DNA of 64,000 nucleotides from an uncultured Rhizobium sp. (GTDB lineage Bacteria; Pseudomonadota; Alphaproteobacteria; Rickettsiales; UBA1997): NCBI GenBank assembly GCA_964537735.1, contig CAZICL010000007.1, positions 9,768 to 73,767 of the forward strand, read 5' to 3'. Shown piece by piece: positions 58,432 to 64,000 of this stretch (position 1 is its first letter; each line of letters starts with the position of its first letter). The notes under the pieces were generated by a model. It saw only the letters and a program-made list of their open reading frames with translations, ran no database searches and was not told where the DNA came from. The position numbers and the translations under genes were made by a program.

Positions 58432-59997
58432 TTAATGTTTAAAATGTCTGGTTGCGATGAAGTAAAGTGCAATGCCTTTTTCATCAGCTTTAGCAATAAC
58501 CTCTTCGTCACGCATTGATCCACCTGGAGCGATAATTGCTTTAATACCATAAGCAGCAGCAATTTCAATATTATCGGCGAAAGGAAAAAAGGCATCAGAA
58601 GCTAAAAACCCGCCGCGCGCTTTGTCGATATTTTTCTCACCGTCAAAAAATTCTGCGGCTTTTTTACAGGCAATTTCGCAAGCATCCACACGGCTCATTT
58701 GACCAGCGCCCACACCAACGGTTTGAAAATCCTGAACTACTACAATAGCGTTTGATTTGACATGTTTACAAACCGACATAGCAAAAATTAATTGTTCTAT
58801 TTCCGTTTCGTTTGCCGATTTTTTTGTTACCAGTTTCAGATCATCTTTGGTGATATTTTTCTGATCCAAATCCTGCACTAAAAATCCACCTGACACTGAT
58901 TTTATTTGGTTTGAAATAGTTTTGTTAAAATCCGCAATCAACACCCGCAAATTCTTTTTAGCAGCCAAAATTGCCGCCGCTTTTTCATCAATTTCACGAG
59001 CAATAATTACTTCAAAGAACATTTTTGAGAGTTCTATTGCCAAGGCTTCTTCAATTTTGCCATTAAGAGCCACAATACCGCCGAAAGCTGATTTTGGGTC
59101 GGAAGAAAGCGCGCGTTTGTAGGCTGTCAGCAAATCAGAAGCATTCGCCGTACCGCAAGGATTAGCGTGTTTAATAATCGTGCAAGCTGGCTGGTTAAAT
59201 TCTAAAACCAGATTATAAGCGGCGTCCGCATCATTTAAGTTATTATAACTCAACTCTTTGCCCTGAAGTTGCTTAGCACCAACGATACCGGAATTGCCTG
59301 CCGCGTAAAGCGCTGCTTTTTGGTGAGAATTTTCACCATAACGCAATTCCTGTTTCAAAGTTCCGCAAATTGTCATGTGACTTGCAGCCTGCCCGGATTC
59401 TGTCGCAGGATTAAACCAATTTGAAATTGCAATGTCATATTCAGCAATATTTTTGAAAGCCGCTGCCGCCATATTTTTTCTGAATTCAAAGGAAGTAGTA
59501 CCGTTATTTTTTTGTAACTCTGCGATCAAATTTTGATATTGCGTCGCATCAGTAATTACGGTTTTATAAGCAAAATTCTTAGAAGCAGAACGCACCATTG
59601 CTGGACCTCCAATATCAATATTTTCAATGATTTCTTCTGCATCAGAAGTTTTAGCAACAGTTTCAACAAAAGGATAAAGATTAATCACCAGCAAATCGAT
59701 TGACTCAATTCCATGTGCTTGCGCCGCAGCCACATGTTCAGAATTATCAAGCACCGCCAGCAATGCGCCATGAACTTTCGGATGCAAAGTTTTTACCCGA
59801 CCATCCATCATTTCGGGGAAACCGGTAAAATCAGAAATATCTTTATTGGCGATTTTATTTTGTGTTAGCAGTTTAGAAGTTCCACCAGTGGAAATGATTT
59901 CAACACCTTGCGAGACAAGAAACTGAGCCAGTTCAACAATACCACTTTTATCGGAAACTGAAATAAGACAGCGTGAGATTTTTTGTAAATTTAACAT
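58432..59997 (-). CDS. purH: AICAR transformylase/IMP cyclohydrolase
   Basis: LISVSDK.G, STGGT, GRVKTLHP, IDIGGP, LRYGEN.HQ, KHANPCG, SDAFFPF, RHFKH. Confidence 0.98.
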   Translation of the reverse strand: MLNLQKISRCLISVSDKSGIVELAQFLVSQGVEIISTGGTSKLLTQNKIANKDISDFTGFPEMMDGRVKTLHPKVHGALLAVLDNSEHVAAAQAHGIESIDLLVINLYPFVETVAKTSDAEEIIENIDIGGPAMVRSASKNFAYKTVITDATQYQNLIAELQKNNGTTSFEFRKNMAAAAFKNIAEYDIAISNWFNPATESGQAASHMTICGTLKQELRYGENSHQKAALYAAGNSGIVGAKQLQGKELSYNNLNDADAAYNLVLEFNQPACTIIKHANPCGTANASDLLTAYKRALSSDPKSAFGGIVALNGKIEEALAIELSKMFFEVIIAREIDEKAAAILAAKKNLRVLIADFNKTISNQIKSVSGGFLVQDLDQKNITKDDLKLVTKKSANETEIEQLIFAMSVCKHVKSNAIVVVQDFQTVGVGAGQMSRVDACEIACKKAAEFFDGEKNIDKARGGFLASDAFFPFADNIEIAAAYGIKAIIAPGGSMRDEEVIAKADEKGIALYFIATRHFKH

Positions 59998-60091
59998 TTA
60001 GTATTTGATATTTATCATTTTAACAACTGTTTGCATCCTAGAGATGCAAGGCTTCTGCAATGTTAAACTTTAAATGCTAAATGTTAAATTA
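59994..60091. repeat. mirror heptamer arrays around a hairpin in the cmk/purH spacer
   Basis: ACATTTA GTATTTG ATATTTA on the left; TTGCATC-CTAGA-GATGCAA hairpin at 60031-60049; TAAACTT TAAATGC TAAATGT TAAATTA on the right. Confidence 0.6.
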
Positions 60092-60097
60092 TTTATT

Positions 60098-60712
60098 TTA
60101 CTGCTCGATAATTTTTAAAATTTCCTGAAATCCTTGCTCAATCGACAAATTACCATTGTCAATCACATGAGCGTCAACAGCAATCTGAAGCGGAGCATCA
60201 GCACGATTGAAATCATTTTCATCACGTCTTTTTAGTTGGGACAGGATCTCATCAAAAGAAGTTTGCAGCTGGGCAAAACGTCGGCGTGCCCGAATTTCAA
60301 CATCAGCCGTGACAAAAAATTTGAAATCAGCATCTGGTGCAATTATGGTTGTGGTGTCACGTCCATCAAGAACGGCACCATTTTCCGATGTAACAAATTG
60401 CCGCTGAAAATCAAAAAGCGCCGCACGCAATTGCGGATTTTTAGCAATGATTGAAGCAATAGAACCAATATCTTCTCCAAATAAAATATCATTTTCCAAA
60501 TCACTTTCAGAAATATTTGCAACCAGAGATGGAATAAATTCGGCAAAGTTTTGCGGATCAATTTCTTGCTGCAAAAGCCGCAAAGCCACTAAACGATAAA
60601 GCGCTCCAGTGTTTAGATAAGGTAAGTTGAAATGCGCTGATAATTTTTTAGCTAAAGTTCCTTTACCGGAAGCTGAAGGACCGTCAATTGCAATTACTAA
60701 AGATTTTTTCAT
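60098..60712 (-). CDS. cmk: cytidylate kinase
   Basis: IAIDGPSASGKGT, LNTGALYR, LDGRD, RD.ND..R..APL. Confidence 0.95.
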   Translation of the reverse strand: MKKSLVIAIDGPSASGKGTLAKKLSAHFNLPYLNTGALYRLVALRLLQQEIDPQNFAEFIPSLVANISESDLENDILFGEDIGSIASIIAKNPQLRAALFDFQRQFVTSENGAVLDGRDTTTIIAPDADFKFFVTADVEIRARRRFAQLQTSFDEILSQLKRRDENDFNRADAPLQIAVDAHVIDNGNLSIEQGFQEILKIIEQ

Positions 60713-60753
60713 TTTAAAGATTTTTTCATTTTGTTTAGTGGAAGATATGGAAC

Positions 60754-61158
60754 TTAAAAACCGACTTCTTTTACGGCAAAGAATTTTGCAATAACATCAG
60801 ATAATTCTTTGGGAGAGAATGGTTTGGCTAAATAGCCATCACATTTTGATTCTCGCACAATTTTTTCACGATCCTCAACAGTTGCCGAAGCAGTAACTGC
60901 AATAACCGGAACTGATTTTAAATCTTTGTCATTTTTAACGATTTGTGTTATTTCAATGCCCGATATTCCAATCAGTTGAATATCCATCAAAATCAAATCT
61001 GGACGATAAGAACGAGCTAAATCAATTGCTTTAAAACCATCTTCAACCACCAAAGTATCATGTCCAAAAATTTTAACCAATTTCTGCATCACTTTTTGAT
61101 TCACCGGATTATCTTCAACAATCATGACTTTTTTTACCACGAAACTATCCTGCGCCAT
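60754..61158 (-). CDS. single-domain response regulator, DivK-like
   Basis: MIVEDN, PDLILMDIQL.GISG.E, L...PVIAVTA, GYLAKP. Confidence 0.85.
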   Translation of the reverse strand: MAQDSFVVKKVMIVEDNPVNQKVMQKLVKIFGHDTLVVEDGFKAIDLARSYRPDLILMDIQLIGISGIEITQIVKNDKDLKSVPVIAVTASATVEDREKIVRESKCDGYLAKPFSPKELSDVIAKFFAVKEVGF

Positions 61159-61172
61159 ACTTCCCCCATCAC

Positions 61173-62984
61173 TTAAGTTAAAATTAACCGCTTACCTGGA
61201 AATATAACCCTAACGGTCGTTCCATTACCATGAACACTGATGATTTCAAAACTTCCTTGATGCAATTCAGCCATTTTTTTGACCAAAAATAATCCCAAAC
61301 CACTACCCTGTTTTTTGCCACGATAATAACCATCTCCAACCTGACCAAACTCAACCGCTAATTTTTTCAAATCTTCTTCTTTGATACCTATTCCGGTATC
61401 TTTTATTTCAAGTTCCAGATCATCTTCTTTGTTAATAAATAAACGCAGAGAAATTGATCCTTTTTCCACAAATTTAGAAGCATTAGAAAGCAAATTAAGC
61501 AGAATTTGCTTAAACATCCGACGATCGCCGTAAAAGCTGTAATTCTTAACTTCAACCTCCGATACAACCTTTATTTTTGAATTTTCACCATAACGTTCAT
61601 TGTCAGATAGTACTATTTTTAAAGCTCCAACCACCTCATCATTCATGTCAAATTCTTCTTCATGCAAACTCATTTTGCCAATATCCATTTTAGAAAAATC
61701 GAGAATATCATTAACCAAATTTAGCAAGTGAGCTCCTGAAGAATGAATATCATTAGCCATTTCCAGATATTCAGCATCAAGTGGTCCAAACATTTCTTTT
61801 TTCATCATCAAAGAAAAATTCAAAATACCGTTTAATGGCGTACGTAATTCATGACTCATATTCGCAAAAAATCTTTCTTGCGATTTTTTTGCTTGCAGCA
61901 ACTTTAATTTATAACGTTCGATCAATTTTACTTGCTCTGTCAGTTCCCTGATTTCCGAAACATTTGATCCCGGCATCACCACCTCATCTTCACGATCTTG
62001 GGCAACTAATCTTGAAACCTGCGACAATTTCTCGATTGGACTAATTATCACCACCTTCAAAACATAAAGAATAATGATAAGAACCGTTAAAATTGTGAGC
62101 ATCTCAAACAAATAGGGATACAACAAAGATAGGGTCTCGCGCTTAGAAAATGTGGCATCAATTTTTGTAATCACAATAAAAGGATATTTATCAAGTTTTT
62201 GAAAATATCCGTAATTTTCATTCTTACCGAAGAAAGAAAAGTTGATCAATTGACCATGATGCTGTGGATTTAAAATCGCTTCTTCGATTACCTGGTTAAA
62301 TTGCGCGCTAGTAGAAAAATTATCAGAATTCAGCACCTGATCCATCTGATAATCAAAAACAGCGAAGGAAATATTGGGCTCGGTAGTTGAATGCCAGAGT
62401 CTTTCTGCCAATTTGTTAATCTGAAAACCAAAAACAATTGCACCGACATATTTTTCATCTCGATCAACAAAACCCATACCAGCCGGAATAATCCACTCGC
62501 CACTAACACGTCCAAATGAAGCTTTTCCCAGATGAATCACCCCAGGTTCCAATACCGTTAATGGAGCATAATCACGATTATTAACGCTGATGGGCTTGAT
62601 GATCCCAAGACTGCTATTGACGACAACATCCATATTTGTGTTAACCCAGGAAAACATGTTCCAGGGAGTTTCATTATCGGTGCTGGATTTCAATCCAAAT
62701 GATGATAAAAGATGATCAATAGATTTAAGATCGTTGGGATTATTTTTAATCTGATCACCCAGATATTTCATCAGATAGGAGCTATATTCTATATTATCGA
62801 CTAGAGATTTTTCAATGCGCGAAGACTGATTTTCCAAAGTCACCAGAGTTTTCTCGGAATAAATTTTCTGGCTTAAATAAAAATACAAAAAAGCCGTAAA
62901 ACAAACGATCGCAACCGCAAATATCAAAAAATATTTGGTGATTGATATATTGTTGAAATGGAAAGTGAATTTTGGAAATTTCAA
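61173..62984 (-). CDS. membrane sensor histidine kinase (periplasmic Cache-like domain, HAMP-like linker, HisKA, HATPase)
   Basis: Two TMs, H-box FFANMSHELRTPLNGI, QILLNLLSNA.KF, DTGIGI, GSGLGL, GTTV. Confidence 0.92.
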   Translation of the reverse strand: MKFPKFTFHFNNISITKYFLIFAVAIVCFTAFLYFYLSQKIYSEKTLVTLENQSSRIEKSLVDNIEYSSYLMKYLGDQIKNNPNDLKSIDHLLSSFGLKSSTDNETPWNMFSWVNTNMDVVVNSSLGIIKPISVNNRDYAPLTVLEPGVIHLGKASFGRVSGEWIIPAGMGFVDRDEKYVGAIVFGFQINKLAERLWHSTTEPNISFAVFDYQMDQVLNSDNFSTSAQFNQVIEEAILNPQHHGQLINFSFFGKNENYGYFQKLDKYPFIVITKIDATFSKRETLSLLYPYLFEMLTILTVLIIILYVLKVVIISPIEKLSQVSRLVAQDREDEVVMPGSNVSEIRELTEQVKLIERYKLKLLQAKKSQERFFANMSHELRTPLNGILNFSLMMKKEMFGPLDAEYLEMANDIHSSGAHLLNLVNDILDFSKMDIGKMSLHEEEFDMNDEVVGALKIVLSDNERYGENSKIKVVSEVEVKNYSFYGDRRMFKQILLNLLSNASKFVEKGSISLRLFINKEDDLELEIKDTGIGIKEEDLKKLAVEFGQVGDGYYRGKKQGSGLGLFLVKKMAELHQGSFEIISVHGNGTTVRVIFPGKRLILT

Positions 62985-63002
62985 TCGGATTGACAGTTAT
63001 TT

Positions 63003-64000
63003 TTAATGAGTGATTCCAAGTTTCTCACCAGATATCTGGTTAACACCTATTAATTTTAGCGAATTAGCAGGTTTTCCTGTTGTTTCTGTTGTTTCTGTTG
63101 TTTCTGTTGTTTCTGTTTGAGATTCAGAATCTGACCTCTCTCTCCTTACACTTACACCTTGATGCAATGGTGGTGATGAACAAAAAGGCACCGGAGTTGA
63201 TTGATAAGATGATCTATAATATGACGCTACGTTATCTTGTATCTTCTGAAAATCTTCCTGTACCAGAGCTCTGGCATTATCAACTCTACTCCTCAAATCA
63301 TGACCCCCTTCAATCCCCTGATCTCTCAATCGAACCATCTTTTCCAAGATTTCAACTATTTGTTTGGTAAATTCCATTTCATCTTTAGTGCGATCTGAAG
63401 AAGCCATTTCAATTGATGCTTTAAATATTGCAGCAGTCTCTAAAGGATTTCCATACTCAAAATCTCCATGCATACTCGGATAATGATTAGCACTGCTTTT
63501 AAGCCTTTCTTTCAATTGATTTGATCCCCTCAATCCACCATCAGCATGGCCACCAAATGCTTTATCAAACTCTTTAGCAACAGCAAAAGCTACATCTCTA
63601 GTCTCAGGATCATCCATTACCTCTCCGACCTTTTTCCCTAAAATAGTGCAAATCCCGTTAATCGCAGCATTGACTTGTATCTTCATCAAAACTTCTCTGG
63701 TGATACTCATCTTACTAACTCTGGTATCAATCCCTGCAGATTTAAGTGAACTTCGCAAATTAGCGATATTATCGAGGCTGTTACTTAACTCAACAAAGGC
63801 AATCGGTATTCCAACTTTTTCAAGAGGTGTCGTCAGAACATATTTGCTATAATCTGGCATTCCATCTTCACCAACTCCAACAGTACAGGCCAAATTTAGC
63901 ACACACCCAGCAACGTGATTCTTCAAATCTCTAAAACTATCCCTGGAAGATCTTATCGATAGAGGATTTTGTAGCCCCAACTTCTCTGCCAGCCAAAAAG
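63003..64000 (-). CDS. ketopantoate reductase (PanE/ApbA)-like protein with long C-terminal extension; 5' end off the window
   Basis: VAGCV, K..VNAAIN.IC..L and PSM..DF..G.PLE resemble the ApbA C-domain. The frame is open to the window edge (..FWLAEKLGLQN). Confidence 0.65.
   Translation of the reverse strand, partial: FWLAEKLGLQNPLSIRSSRDSFRDLKNHVAGCVLNLACTVGVGEDGMPDYSKYVLTTPLEKVGIPIAFVELSNSLDNIANLRSSLKSAGIDTRVSKMSITREVLMKIQVNAAINGICTILGKKVGEVMDDPETRDVAFAVAKEFDKAFGGHADGGLRGSNQLKERLKSSANHYPSMHGDFEYGNPLETAAIFKASIEMASSDRTKDEMEFTKQIVEILEKMVRLRDQGIEGGHDLRSRVDNARALVQEDFQKIQDNVASYYRSSYQSTPVPFCSSPPLHQGVSVRRERSDSESQTETTETTETTETTGKPANSLKLIGVNQISGEKLGITH
63077..63116. repeat. 9-bp tandem repeat TGTTTCTGT x4 (encodes TETTETTETTET)
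   Basis: Four exact units at 63081-63116 plus a partial unit. Confidence 0.92.

Noticed and set aside
1-64000. CRISPR array or cas genes
   Set aside because: No regularly spaced direct repeats with unique spacers; the repeats seen are palindromes or short tandem units.

Overview
A 64-kb AT-rich window from an alphaproteobacterium, most likely Rickettsiales or a close relative (inference). Support: class I LysRS, two tandem cysteine desulfurases in an isc operon, two-subunit GcvP, a DivK-like regulator and ankyrin proteins. The backbone is housekeeping and biosynthetic: kdsA, gcvTH and gcvPA/PB, nadA, trpS, rnpB, lysS, mtaB, tRNA-Gly, queH, mutM, ftsW, argH, coaE, thiG, rpsB-tsf-pyrH-frr-uppS-cdsA, hisA, hisN, rpoH, ribE, acpP, rpsA, isc-hsc, purH and cmk. 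Effector-like genes are interspersed. The most striking part is 31.4-37.5 kb, where two co-oriented large ankyrin genes lie between two copies of a palindromic MITE/RPE-like element. One gene ends in a match to the eukaryotic PAM2 (PABP-binding) motif, SELNAAAQEFVP. The other carries a C-terminal Pol-beta-type nucleotidyltransferase motif (GS-x3-GL...DID). Together they suggest a hypothetical effector pair acting on host mRNA poly(A) tails. Other oddities: an alaS that stops after the catalytic domain, a decayed DUF4160/DUF2442 toxin-antitoxin pair inside gcvPA-gcvPB, a G1P-dehydrogenase-family gene, tandem pilin-LamG genes, heptamer arrays before start codons, and a shared C-terminal tail pattern in four accessory proteins. 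No CRISPR array, rRNA or transposase was seen. All family calls rest on motif recognition; no database search was run.
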